DNA of 64,000 nt from a virus (Duplodnaviria; Caudoviricetes), in IMG/VR virus record IMGVR_UViG_3300042291_000844, positions 173,725 to 237,724 of that record. One strand, given 5' to 3'. Both the position numbers and the translations under genes were made by a program. Position 1 is the first letter of the stretch, and each line of letters begins with the position of its first letter. The notes beneath the pieces are model-generated. The model had not been told where the DNA came from, made no database searches, and was given only the letters and a program-made list of their open reading frames with translations. Below are positions 44,606 through 54,132 of the stretch, one piece after another.

Positions 44606-45121
44606 TTAATCTAAGTTTGATTTTAATTTACTACTAATTCTACCTAATTCCATTTTATCAATACCCAATCCATCAATTATTTTTGCCAATAATTTAATTT
44701 TTTGATTATAAGATAATTCTTTACCATTCATTAATTCTAATGCTTTCTCAAATTTTATTTTGATTGCTGCCGGAATTACTGCTGTGTTTATTTCATCAGC
44801 ACCTTCCATAATTTTTTTTAGTTTCATAATTTTACTTTCTCCATATTGTTCATCTTCATCATCTAACCCCATAGCAACAGCTGCAGGTTGTACATGATGG
44901 TTTGGTAACATTAAACCATATTCGGTTTTTAATTTATTAAGAATTTCTTTTTTAATATGATTTGGTAACCCTTTATGCGATGTGGATGCAAAATCCTTGG
45001 CATCTTTATCAGTCATATCCTTTGCCACCTTTGCAACTTCTGGACTTGCAGGTTTCTCGCCTTTTTGTGTAGCGTGAACCATACCCATAAATCGTTGTTG
45101 TGCTTTAGATACTGATGGCAT
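44606..45121 (-). CDS. Phage protein, putative head-packaged
   Basis: MPSVSKAQQRFMGMV motif recalled from large phages; internal MKLKKIMEG. Confidence 0.65.
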   Translation of the reverse strand: MPSVSKAQQRFMGMVHATQKGEKPASPEVAKVAKDMTDKDAKDFASTSHKGLPNHIKKEILNKLKTEYGLMLPNHHVQPAAVAMGLDDEDEQYGESKIMKLKKIMEGADEINTAVIPAAIKIKFEKALELMNGKELSYNQKIKLLAKIIDGLGIDKMELGRISSKLKSNLD

Positions 45122-45153
45122 ATTTCTTCCTTATTTAGTATAAATATAGAATT

Positions 45154-45681
45154 TTAATGTTTTATATGTTGAACTCTCCACTTAACGTTCTTAGTTCTCA
45201 ACATTTGTTTTGCTGCTGATACATTTTTCTCCGAATCATCTACAAAGTAAATATCATCATAACCTTCATTATCAATCATATTTTCAATCCAATCTGCTTT
45301 ATCTTTTGGATTATTAGATGCAAGTGCAACCACATAAATTTTTTTAGAATTTATACCTATATCACTTAAATATTTTTTGATTGGTTGGTATGATGCTCGT
45401 GCTGTAAGGATATACACCACCTCTTTACTTTTTTGAACGATACCTCTAAGGATTTTAGTTATCTTTTGTATCTCTTGTGGTTCTTTTACCTGTTCAAAAT
45501 CTTTAAAATCATAAACATCGCCAGGTTTTTCAGTATACACTGCATATTGGCCGGGTGTCAGTTTACTCTTCATTCCATTATTATGGGTGACGTAGATATA
45601 AGAGTTTGTTTTGACAAGAGTATCATCAAAATCAAATATTCGTAAATTTTTACTTTCAGTAAATAAATTTCTTGAAATCAT
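45154..45681 (-). CDS. HAD-superfamily phosphatase-like protein
   Basis: FDFDDTL, ILTAR, FVDDSEKN. Confidence 0.8.
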   Translation of the reverse strand: MISRNLFTESKNLRIFDFDDTLVKTNSYIYVTHNNGMKSKLTPGQYAVYTEKPGDVYDFKDFEQVKEPQEIQKITKILRGIVQKSKEVVYILTARASYQPIKKYLSDIGINSKKIYVVALASNNPKDKADWIENMIDNEGYDDIYFVDDSEKNVSAAKQMLRTKNVKWRVQHIKH

Positions 45682-45715
45682 AGATGTATATAAATATTAC
45701 TAACCTTTTTAATGA

Positions 45716-45749
45716 GTAAAGATACGAAAAAAAGCTTAGATTTCCAAAT
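45716..45749 (-). promoter_or_regulatory. Bacteroidota-type promoter (TATCTTTA)
   Basis: TTTG-N20-TATCTTTA, followed by a TATTTATA motif at 45689-45696. Confidence 0.65.
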
Positions 45750-45758
45750 TTATTTATA

Positions 45759-46379
45759 CTAACTATTTAAGAAATTGGATAAGAAACCAGATAAACGATT
45801 AGCCCTTTCCATAAAGAACCCCTTCTCTTCGTTTGTAAGTTTTTTTGGTTTGATATAATCAATTCCAACTATACCAATACATGCTTCAGTTTTTATATCA
45901 AAAAGTGCTATACAATAAGCTGCTTTTGTACCACCTACTTCTGCTCCTGGTTTTAATCCGAATGTTGCTATGGTTGGGTCCTCAAAATTAGGAATAAAAA
46001 TATAACCAGTTTTAAGTATTTCATCAATTGATTTTGCAAATAGAGAAAGGGGTATATTTGTAAATGTATGTGCTATTTTAGCAACTCCTGGTCTTTCTAC
46101 TTCATGTACTATTGAAAATTTTTGAATAGATTTATTGGTATGTAGATAGTTCCCTCCATTATGAAACATTGATATCCAAACTCTATCACCTTTAAGTTCT
46201 TCTCTGATGTTTTCGATTTCCTCTTCAATAACAAGTCCTTGTTGACATCCTTTTTTAATAGGGTCTTCTTTGTCTTTCTTAGATAATTTAATCTTAACCC
46301 ATTCTAATACGATTGGACCGATTACTGCTGTTATCAAAGCAATTATAATTGTAGCAAATATTTCCATTTGGTGTGACAT
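45759..46379 (-). CDS. N-terminal TM + GAF-like domain protein (possible T4 gpT-type holin)
   Basis: IIIALITAVIGPIVLEWV TM; DRVWISMFHNGG...IGIVGIDY GAF-like pattern. Confidence 0.55.
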   Translation of the reverse strand: MSHQMEIFATIIIALITAVIGPIVLEWVKIKLSKKDKEDPIKKGCQQGLVIEEEIENIREELKGDRVWISMFHNGGNYLHTNKSIQKFSIVHEVERPGVAKIAHTFTNIPLSLFAKSIDEILKTGYIFIPNFEDPTIATFGLKPGAEVGGTKAAYCIALFDIKTEACIGIVGIDYIKPKKLTNEEKGFFMERANRLSGFLSNFLNS

Positions 46380-46400
46380 TACTTTTGAACCTTTAATTTA

Positions 46401-46700
46401 TTATTGTTCCTTGTCAAACCCGTAGTTGGCTTGGTTGATGTAATTTTGGGATTTTGAGATATGGTCTTGTATCCATGCGGCTACATTAAATTCACTATCA
46501 CCCATTTTTTGTTTTAATTCTGTTGCAGACTTGATTATATCATCTAATTGTTTTTGTGCCATAGATACTTCATAATCGGAATCCTCACCCTCTTTAAGAG
46601 GTTTAAATGCATTTGCGTAAGGATTACTATACACCTTACCCAACTCCACCTTACGACCGTTCCAGTCCATTCCAGTCATTATATTTTTTAAACTTATCAT
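46401..46700 (-). CDS. Phage hypothetical protein
   Basis: MISLKNIM leader; EVSMAQKQL...AWIQDHI. Confidence 0.7.
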   Translation of the reverse strand: MISLKNIMTGMDWNGRKVELGKVYSNPYANAFKPLKEGEDSDYEVSMAQKQLDDIIKSATELKQKMGDSEFNVAAWIQDHISKSQNYINQANYGFDKEQ

Positions 46701-46704
46701 ATGA

Positions 46705-48054
46705 TTATCCTATATAGCAGTTTAATTCGTATTTGGTTTTCATTCCATATACTTGGATTTGTAGCATTTTTCGTTGAACCTTACCATCTTTAGATAATTC
46801 AATACTAAATCTATTAGTCTTACCTTCCGATGGTTTTTTTGGACCCATTCCTATTTTTGTGAATGAATCATCATCGTTAATAGTATATCCTTGCTTCTCT
46901 GCATATTCTTTAGCTGCGGTGATAGCTGAAGTATATGAGTTATGGTATACTTCATACTTTGCTTCGTTTATTTTTGATTCACTAAAAGCTTTGATAATAC
47001 CTTGTGCGTATTTATTATTAGCTTTACCTACAATAGCAGTCGAAATATCCATTCTATTACTCAATGTATGCGGGCCTTTCATTTTAAGAAATGCAAATAA
47101 TTTTCTAGCATGAATATTATTATCATCAATAAACTTTTGAACCGCATCTCCTCTAAGACCTGTTAGTGCTGCAATTCCCATTGCTTCTACACTTGCAGCT
47201 TCGTTTACTGATTCGTTATTTATTTTTTTGATTCCCAATCCACTCTTTATTTTAGTAAGGGTTTGTAGAGCGTTTTTTAATCTTTGTTGGATTAGATTTT
47301 TTTGAGTTGATGATTTGGTTGAATTCATCTTATCTCTCAATGCTTTAATTCTATCATTAAGTTTTTGTATTCTATCACCCTCTACTGATTCTTGTATGTT
47401 TAATTCGTCTTGATATTGTGTTATTTGATTATAATCTGAATCTAATAATTCCTCTTCAATATCACGTCTTGATGCTTTTGAATTTCTACATACTATAACT
47501 GCTACTTTCTTTTTTGTGAATGAACCACCTCTATCATACATTTTCATTATTTCTTTAAAATGTACATCGTTTCTACTCATTTCATTTACTGATTCACCAA
47601 ACTCACCTCTACCATCTTTTTCTGCTGCTCTCATTGCACTACTGCTATTTCTCATATCAGGAGATGCGTTTTTAAGATATTTAATAACTTGAATTTGTTT
47701 TGCTAATAAATCTTTATATATTTTAGCGTATTCTTCTTTAGAAACTAAACCATTTTTTAATAAGAATAATACAAGTGCAGGTTGTTTACCCCTAGTCTTT
47801 ACATCTGATTGGGTAGTACCAGTTAATTTAGCTAAATCATTTGCTACATATATTCTATGTCCTAATGTTTTACCTACTAATTTTGTTATGGGTTCATTAA
47901 CATAAGCCATTGCTAAATCCAAAATTTCGGTTGGTGTCATATTTTTATCGGTATATTGTTTTTTACCGAAATCATATGTTGCTTCTGATATTGATTGGTG
48001 GAAATTTTCACGAATCAATTTTGCAATTACCTTTTTTAAATCATCCATTTTCAT
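46705..48054 (-). CDS. Multi-module protein with repeated ES(V/K)(I)NE linkers (putative internal head polyprotein)
   Basis: SISEA, ESVNEM, IQESVE, ESVNEA, ESKINEA separate unrelated modules. Confidence 0.6.
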   Translation of the reverse strand: MKMDDLKKVIAKLIRENFHQSISEATYDFGKKQYTDKNMTPTEILDLAMAYVNEPITKLVGKTLGHRIYVANDLAKLTGTTQSDVKTRGKQPALVLFLLKNGLVSKEEYAKIYKDLLAKQIQVIKYLKNASPDMRNSSSAMRAAEKDGRGEFGESVNEMSRNDVHFKEIMKMYDRGGSFTKKKVAVIVCRNSKASRRDIEEELLDSDYNQITQYQDELNIQESVEGDRIQKLNDRIKALRDKMNSTKSSTQKNLIQQRLKNALQTLTKIKSGLGIKKINNESVNEAASVEAMGIAALTGLRGDAVQKFIDDNNIHARKLFAFLKMKGPHTLSNRMDISTAIVGKANNKYAQGIIKAFSESKINEAKYEVYHNSYTSAITAAKEYAEKQGYTINDDDSFTKIGMGPKKPSEGKTNRFSIELSKDGKVQRKMLQIQVYGMKTKYELNCYIG

Positions 48055-48089
48055 ACTTCTATTATTTTAATATATCAATAAATATTGAA

Positions 48090-48737
48090 TTATTTTTTTA
48101 ATCGGATTTTCCAATAAACTCCTGCACCAACATATGGTTTAAATTCACCATTTACTCCATCGATTGTTGAGTTTGTAACTCCTAAATTAACTTGATATAT
48201 CTTATCTTTTTTAGTTTTTAATATTACTCCAGTACTAAGACCATTAATAAAATCAGCCTTATTAAATTGACCACCGAATCCAAAATAAAGTTGATTCTTA
48301 GGTAATTCTTTTACTATTGTAGTTTCTTTAATAACTCTTTGTTTAACATTTGCATTAAAAGTTCTGCCAAATATTTTGTTTTGTGAAATTGTATCAGTTA
48401 CTGCAACTGTTCCTAATGAATCAGGTAATACTAATACATCTTTGTATAATACTTTTGTATAGTATTCTTTTAGGATTGCGTTAGTATCTACGTTTGCAGG
48501 TACTCTAACCTCTTTTTCAACGATTGTCTCGTGGTAAATATCTTCACCTTTTTTAGTTACTACTTTTGTCTTAACTACTTCAATTGTATCAATTTCATGT
48601 TTAATAAGTTCATACTTTTTACCATCTACTTTTACAATTTCACCCGTTCCTTTTTTGTTTCCACCACATTGTTGGAATACAACAATTACAATTAATAATA
48701 ATAATGCAATGTTTTTGATGTTTAATAATTTTTTCAT
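48090..48737 (-). CDS. Membrane-anchored/secreted protein, possible spanin-like
   Basis: N-terminal TM with QQC; V/K/T/D-rich strands; aromatic C-terminus. Confidence 0.5.
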   Translation of the reverse strand: MKKLLNIKNIALLLLIVIVVFQQCGGNKKGTGEIVKVDGKKYELIKHEIDTIEVVKTKVVTKKGEDIYHETIVEKEVRVPANVDTNAILKEYYTKVLYKDVLVLPDSLGTVAVTDTISQNKIFGRTFNANVKQRVIKETTIVKELPKNQLYFGFGGQFNKADFINGLSTGVILKTKKDKIYQVNLGVTNSTIDGVNGEFKPYVGAGVYWKIRLKK

Positions 48738-48767
48738 AAAATTTTGTTGTTTGTATTACTATAAGTA

Positions 48768-50324
48768 TTAGAATGTCATTTTAGAACCAATTTGGAAGTT
48801 ATGTAATAAACTAAATTCGGGTACGAACGCTATGTTTGCTTTATATCCAAAGTTAAATCCAAATCTTTTACTAATTCTATAATCAATAGCAGTTCCTAAT
48901 AATGCACCCGGTGTTCTACTTACAGCAGTTCCACCAGTCACTGTGTTATATGCAATGGGTGCTGACATTACAAACACCTGTGGTGAAATTGTAAGTTTTT
49001 TTGAGTATTGATATGGTTTAGTCCAAAATACTACTACTGAGGTTGAAAGTGATGTATTATATTTCATTTCAGTACCTTGCATCATTAAGGTAATTACACC
49101 TAAGTTATATCCAAACGTACCTAATGTTGGGTGCGGTTTAATCCAAGTATATCCCAATAACCCCATCAACGTACCTTTAAGATATGCGGTGGTGAACGAG
49201 TAACTATTAAGTGCTTTTAATTTACCATCCTCAATTACCATTTTAGTAACTCCAGTTGATAGTGCGAATTGGTCAAATGTAGACCATATCAACGCAGATG
49301 CTGAATAAGATTTATCACCCATTAAGGATGATTTAGATACTCCTACTGACATCATTGCTGCATACTCACCATCTGCACTTTCAGTTCCTGCTAAATCAGA
49401 TGATAGCATCATTGGATTTGTAACTGCAGCTTTTTTCTTTTCTTTCTTTTCCTCTTTCTTCTCTTCCTTTTTTTCTTCTTTCTTTTCCTCTTTGGACTCT
49501 TCCTTTTTTTCTTCTTTCTTTTCTTCCGATTTACTTTCCTCTTTCTTTTCCTCTTTACTTTCAGATTTAGTTTCCTCTTTCTTTTCCTCTGATTTAGTTT
49601 CGGTTTTCTTTTCTTCAGTTTTTGATTCGGTTTTAGCTTCAGTCTTACTTTCCGTTTTAGTTTCGGTCTTACTCTCCGTAGATGAAGATGATGAAGAACT
49701 ACTCGATGAAGATGAAGATGAAGAACTACTACTTGATGATGAAGAACTACTTGCAGGTGGAGGTGTTGAACTACTACTTGCAGGTGGAGGTGTTGATGCA
49801 GGTGGTGGAGTTGCTACCGATGAAGTTGCTGCTGTTGCAGATGAACTTGCTGCGGATGATGCGGATGATGATGCGGCACCACTCGCGGATGAACTTGCTG
49901 CTTTTGCTGCTGCTTCTGCTGCTGCTTTCGCTGCTGCATCGGATGCTGCTTTTGCTGCTGCATCTGCTGCTGCTTGTGCGGCGGCGGATGCTGCTGCGGC
50001 TGCTGCTTGTGCTGCAGCCTGACTTACTGCTTGTTGGACGGTTTGTTGAACTACTACATTAGTTGGACATCCTAATGTGGAATATGCTAAATAGGTAGTT
50101 TGTAACCATGCATTTAATATACCACTTTGTACTTCTAAAGGAGTGAATGTTCGAACTTGATTATAAAATGAAACTACTGCATTACCACCTACATAAGTGG
50201 TGGATGCAATTTTTATTTCACCAGTACATTTATCTATGAATGTTTGCGTGAATACTTGAGCATTTACTTTTTGTGCAAATAGAAAAATACAAATTATTAT
50301 AAAGTTTACTATCCATTTTTTCAT
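48768..50324 (-). CDS. Secreted protein: low-complexity Ala/Pro/Ser/Glu-Lys stalk + C-terminal beta-barrel
   Basis: Signal peptide (VNA-Q), long low-complexity linker, amphipathic strands, terminal Phe. Confidence 0.7.
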   Translation of the reverse strand: MKKWIVNFIIICIFLFAQKVNAQVFTQTFIDKCTGEIKIASTTYVGGNAVVSFYNQVRTFTPLEVQSGILNAWLQTTYLAYSTLGCPTNVVVQQTVQQAVSQAAAQAAAAAASAAAQAAADAAAKAASDAAAKAAAEAAAKAASSSASGAASSSASSAASSSATAATSSVATPPPASTPPPASSSSTPPPASSSSSSSSSSSSSSSSSSSSSSSSTESKTETKTESKTEAKTESKTEEKKTETKSEEKKEETKSESKEEKKEESKSEEKKEEKKEESKEEKKEEKKEEKKEEKKEKKKAAVTNPMMLSSDLAGTESADGEYAAMMSVGVSKSSLMGDKSYSASALIWSTFDQFALSTGVTKMVIEDGKLKALNSYSFTTAYLKGTLMGLLGYTWIKPHPTLGTFGYNLGVITLMMQGTEMKYNTSLSTSVVVFWTKPYQYSKKLTISPQVFVMSAPIAYNTVTGGTAVSRTPGALLGTAIDYRISKRFGFNFGYKANIAFVPEFSLLHNFQIGSKMTF

Positions 50325-51151
50325 TACTTATTATTCAATCCGATTGAAATTTGAGAATACCCTCTAATTGGGTCAGTTTCTAATTTTAATGTAACGAATT
50401 TGAAATCTTTTATAATACCAACTTTAAATGTAGTGAATGAGGAATTTGATTTTGGAAATGAAATACCACCTAAGTCATCTTTACCTTGCCATCTGATAAC
50501 TTCATTGCCAAATCCTATCATACCATGTATACCTATTTTACCAATTCGTTTACCACCACCTACATATAAAGTTGATTCTTTTTTCCAATCTTCTTTACTA
50601 AGTGGAAAGTCAACATTATTAATTTGACCATATGGATAGTATTGGTTTTGGTCTATTGCATAAGTCATTACATAATCCATAATGAAATATGATTTTTTAC
50701 CACCAACGATTCCCCAAAATGCTGCTTGTTTATTAGTAGTATGCCCAAATCCAAATGAGGTATAAACTCTTTCTTTTCTAATAGTATCTCTTTTACCACT
50801 TTCGTATACATGAATTACACTTCTTTGTCTCCAGCCATAATCATCATACCAAATGTAAGGCATTGGTTGATACCATCCCCAATTACCCCAATAATAACCA
50901 AACTGATTATTTCTATTCCAATTTTGGAATCCACCTCTACCACGTGGTGGCAATGGTTGTGATTCTTGTGGTGGATTGTTTCTCCAACTACTCACATTAT
51001 TTTGTTGTGGTATAGATGGTTGAACTCTTGTTTGAGTTGATTGTGATGTTTGTGATGATGATGGAACACTTCCACCAGTTTGTCTCCAAGTTGATACTTG
51101 TGAAAATGCTAACGTTGGTAATAATACCAATAAGGTTATTATACTTTTCAT
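50324..51151 (-). CDS. Secreted/outer-membrane beta-barrel-like protein
   Basis: Start moved to MKSIITLL (TATTTATA 15 nt upstream); AFS-Q signal; amphipathic strands. Confidence 0.65.
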   Translation of the reverse strand: MKSIITLLVLLPTLAFSQVSTWRQTGGSVPSSSQTSQSTQTRVQPSIPQQNNVSSWRNNPPQESQPLPPRGRGGFQNWNRNNQFGYYWGNWGWYQPMPYIWYDDYGWRQRSVIHVYESGKRDTIRKERVYTSFGFGHTTNKQAAFWGIVGGKKSYFIMDYVMTYAIDQNQYYPYGQINNVDFPLSKEDWKKESTLYVGGGKRIGKIGIHGMIGFGNEVIRWQGKDDLGGISFPKSNSSFTTFKVGIIKDFKFVTLKLETDPIRGYSQISIGLNNK

Positions 51152-51155
51152 AGGA

Positions 51156-51872
51156 CTATCTTTTATATAAATATAACATTCCATTTCCATCAACACAAAT
51201 TGCACTCATATTCTCAATCCAATCACCACTATTTAAATATCTCTTATCGTTTATCATTCTGTCTTCCGGTTGGTGGATATGCCCACATATAACTCCATCA
51301 CATCCTTTTTTAGTTGCCATTGATAATGCAGTAGTTTCAAAATCATTTACATAATTTGTTGCAACCTTAACTGAATTTTTAATCTTTTGTGAAATGGATA
51401 TGTAAGGTAGTTTTCTCCACTTACGATATGTGTTGTAAACTCTATTTAACCAAAGTGCAAAATCATATCCCACTGCACCTATCTTTGATAACCATTTATA
51501 TTTTGTAATGAATACATCGATGACATCTCCATGAAAACAATAGTATTTTTTTTCGTTCACATTTAGGATATAATCCTCTCTTATTTCAATTGACCCAATG
51601 TGATTATTCATAAATTCTTGAATAAATTCATCGTGGTTTCCTCTAATCCAAATAATACGAGTTTTATTAGAAATCTTTAATAACTTACTGATTACTTTGG
51701 TATGCGATTTTCTCCATTTAGAACCTCTATTCAATGCCCAACCATCGATTATATCTCCATTAAGAATTAATAATTCCGTAGGATGTGATTCTATAAATTC
51801 TATGAATTCATCAGTTTTAGAATCTTTTATACCTAAGTGTAAATCTGATACTATGATTGCTTGATATTTCAT
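51156..51872 (-). CDS. Metallophosphoesterase of the PlcP/LpxH2 (UDP-2,3-diacylglucosamine hydrolase-like) family
   Basis: SDLHLG, NGDIIDGW, RGNHDE, FHGD, CGHIH, YLNSGDW; start at ATG 51872 (ATGA overlap). Confidence 0.85.
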   Translation of the reverse strand: MKYQAIIVSDLHLGIKDSKTDEFIEFIESHPTELLILNGDIIDGWALNRGSKWRKSHTKVISKLLKISNKTRIIWIRGNHDEFIQEFMNNHIGSIEIREDYILNVNEKKYYCFHGDVIDVFITKYKWLSKIGAVGYDFALWLNRVYNTYRKWRKLPYISISQKIKNSVKVATNYVNDFETTALSMATKKGCDGVICGHIHQPEDRMINDKRYLNSGDWIENMSAICVDGNGMLYLYKR

Positions 51873-52588
51873 GTCCAATAGTTGTGGTGGTGTTTAAAGA
51901 AGTTAGGATTATTTCGGTTTATATAACTTAGTATCATTATCTTAAACATCCATAATACTCCTTTATTTTTAAATCGCCTTGCAGATGTCCACACTCCTTT
52001 TGTTTTATGAATCCAAAATTTCTTTGGATTTATTTTTGATGAAAGAGAGTAATCTTCTGCAAATAATTCTTCAGGATTATATCCACCAATTTCCCAATAG
52101 GTTTTAGTATTAAAAATCTGAAACCCACCTACTGCAAATGGAGTGCCTAATAATGTACTTAATCTTTGAAATTTATCAAAGATACGGAAAACCCAATTCC
52201 ATCCCGTTTCTGTCTGAAATGGAGTGGTTACTAAATCTACTTCATAGTATGCAAGTGAAGTTTCCCATATATTTTTTAATAGATTTTTATTTCTTAACAT
52301 CACATCCGCATCTAAGAATAGAACGTATGGTGTTTTTACCAATTGTGAACCATTTAGACGGGCTTTAGCAGGATATCCACCATTGATGGTATGAATTACT
52401 ATGGAGAACCCAAAATCGATTCTTGCCCTGCTTAACCAATAAAGTGAATCCGCATCATCGGAACTATCTGCAATTACTACATTAGTTCCTTCTATATCAG
52501 ATTGTTTACAAATTAAACCTAAACAATCGTAAATGTTAATACCTTCATTTTTACAAGGTATAACGATAGTAAGTATATCTTTTAGCAT
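51869..52588 (-). CDS. GT2 glycosyltransferase
   Basis: IVIPCKNE, IADSSDD, FLDAD, GGY...AED, SARRF. Confidence 0.9.
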   Translation of the reverse strand: MLKDILTIVIPCKNEGINIYDCLGLICKQSDIEGTNVVIADSSDDADSLYWLSRARIDFGFSIVIHTINGGYPAKARLNGSQLVKTPYVLFLDADVMLRNKNLLKNIWETSLAYYEVDLVTTPFQTETGWNWVFRIFDKFQRLSTLLGTPFAVGGFQIFNTKTYWEIGGYNPEELFAEDYSLSSKINPKKFWIHKTKGVWTSARRFKNKGVLWMFKIMILSYINRNNPNFFKHHHNYWT

Positions 52589-52600
52589 ATAGGTATAAAT

Positions 52601-52626
52601 AAAAAATCCCCATTTTTATTGGGGGA
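52601..52626 (-). terminator. Intrinsic terminator followed by a TATTTATA motif
   Basis: TCCCCA/TGGGG stem plus T run. Confidence 0.7.
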
Positions 52627-52651
52627 CTTATGTATTATTAAATTATTAATA

Positions 52652-52885
52652 TTAATTTTTTTCTTTTAAACAAATTCGATTAAATTCTTCTTCTCTTAAT
52701 GCTATAGTTTGTTCAACGTGTCCTTGTTTTGAAACCAGATTGATAACATATAACCCCCATTGTTTTTTTTGTATCTCTATATCCTGACCTGTTATAAAAC
52801 CAAATTCCATTAATTTAAGTCTCATGCAAGGAACACAATTTTCACAAGGGTCGTTTTGTGGAACATCTATTACTTCATATATCAT
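52652..52885 (-). CDS. feoA: FeoA-family SH3-like protein
   Basis: RLKLMEFGFITGQDIEI...IALREEE. Confidence 0.75.
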   Translation of the reverse strand: MIYEVIDVPQNDPCENCVPCMRLKLMEFGFITGQDIEIQKKQWGLYVINLVSKQGHVEQTIALREEEFNRICLKEKN

Positions 52886-52897
52886 ATGTATAAATAT

Positions 52898-52925
52898 AAA
52901 AAAAGGGAGAATAAATCTCCCTTTT
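52898..52925 (-). terminator. Intrinsic terminator (copy 1 of the terminator+TATTTATA cassette)
   Basis: AAAAGGGAGA/TCTCCCTTTT. Confidence 0.85.
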
Positions 52926-52929
52926 GATA

Positions 52930-54132
52930 TTAATTACCTTTTGTTGGGAATCTAGTCCAACCACTAATCCATATTGGTTTGGATAATATTTCCATTTCAG
53001 CTTTTGTATAAGATACTTGTTTGTTACCATCTGATAAAGCTTTTATCTTTATATCAGTTGTAGTAAATATAGTTGATGTTGATTTGAAGTTTAATAATGG
53101 GTCATACGCCTGAATCTCATTATTTTGGAACTTGCTTACACCATCTTTATATGCTTGTGCAGTTTCATTACTTTCCAGTGAGAAACTACCTTTTTGATAT
53201 CCAACAATCTTTGAGTTAGTAATTGTGAATTGAGTTGCTCTCCTCCATCTTAAACCTAAATTGTGGTTTGCTAATGCGGTTACATCAAATGGTCCAACTA
53301 AAATCATATTATCTAATTTAGGATGTGTGAATGGTTGTGCGGATGTACCCGTTCCATCGTTATCACACTCTACACCATTTCCAGCATCACCGGCATCTAC
53401 AAATAATGGGTCTCTCTTTGATACTGAATAAGATACTGAACCTCTATATCCAAAATCAAAATCGTAATCATCATCCGCAGTTGCATAAGCGTATAAGTTC
53501 TTTGCATTTACAGTTCCACCAAAGAATTCAAATGCATCATCGTTAGCGTAAATAGTTTGAACATTCTCAATGATTGTTCCACTACCAACACCACCCAATG
53601 TTAGGGCGTTGATTTCAGAGTTTGGCATTGCTGCGATACCAGCGTATTCAATTCTTACATATTTTAGAATACCACTATTATCTATATCGTTAGTGCCACC
53701 ATATGGTCTACCAATACCACCTTCAATAGTTGGTTCGGAAGTTCTATTAGTAGTTGCCCTACCTAATAATACCACACCACCCCAATCACCAGGAGTTCTT
53801 TCACCTACTGCTTTGCCTGATGTAAATACAATTGGTTTTGCCGAAGTTCCTTCTGCTAAAAGTTGTGCACCTCTTTCAATAATTAATGCACCTTTCTCTG
53901 CAATATCAGAAATAATTGTTGTACCCGGTTGGATAATAAGTTTAGCACCATCAGTTACATAAACATATCCTTTTAATGTCCATACTTTGTCTGATGTCAA
54001 AGTTGTTGTTGTGTTAATGTTACCACTCAAAGTTGTTGAAGTTGGAACATTGATAGGAGTTATATCACCACCTAATTCTTTTTGGCAACTGAATAATCCT
54101 AATACCAAAATAATACCTAATAATTTTTTCAT
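52930..54132 (-). CDS. Surface lipoprotein with acidic beta-helix-like repeats (TBDR partner)
   Basis: Lipobox LFSC; GDWGGVVLLG, DNSGILKYVRIEYAG, DDAFEFFGG, DDDYDFD. Confidence 0.8.
   Translation of the reverse strand: MKKLLGIILVLGLFSCQKELGGDITPINVPTSTTLSGNINTTTTLTSDKVWTLKGYVYVTDGAKLIIQPGTTIISDIAEKGALIIERGAQLLAEGTSAKPIVFTSGKAVGERTPGDWGGVVLLGRATTNRTSEPTIEGGIGRPYGGTNDIDNSGILKYVRIEYAGIAAMPNSEINALTLGGVGSGTIIENVQTIYANDDAFEFFGGTVNAKNLYAYATADDDYDFDFGYRGSVSYSVSKRDPLFVDAGDAGNGVECDNDGTGTSAQPFTHPKLDNMILVGPFDVTALANHNLGLRWRRATQFTITNSKIVGYQKGSFSLESNETAQAYKDGVSKFQNNEIQAYDPLLNFKSTSTIFTTTDIKIKALSDGNKQVSYTKAEMEILSKPIWISGWTRFPTKGN

Noticed and set aside
49440-50030. Low-complexity DNA as a non-coding tandem repeat locus
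   Set aside because: It is in-frame coding sequence of the 48768..50324 stalk.
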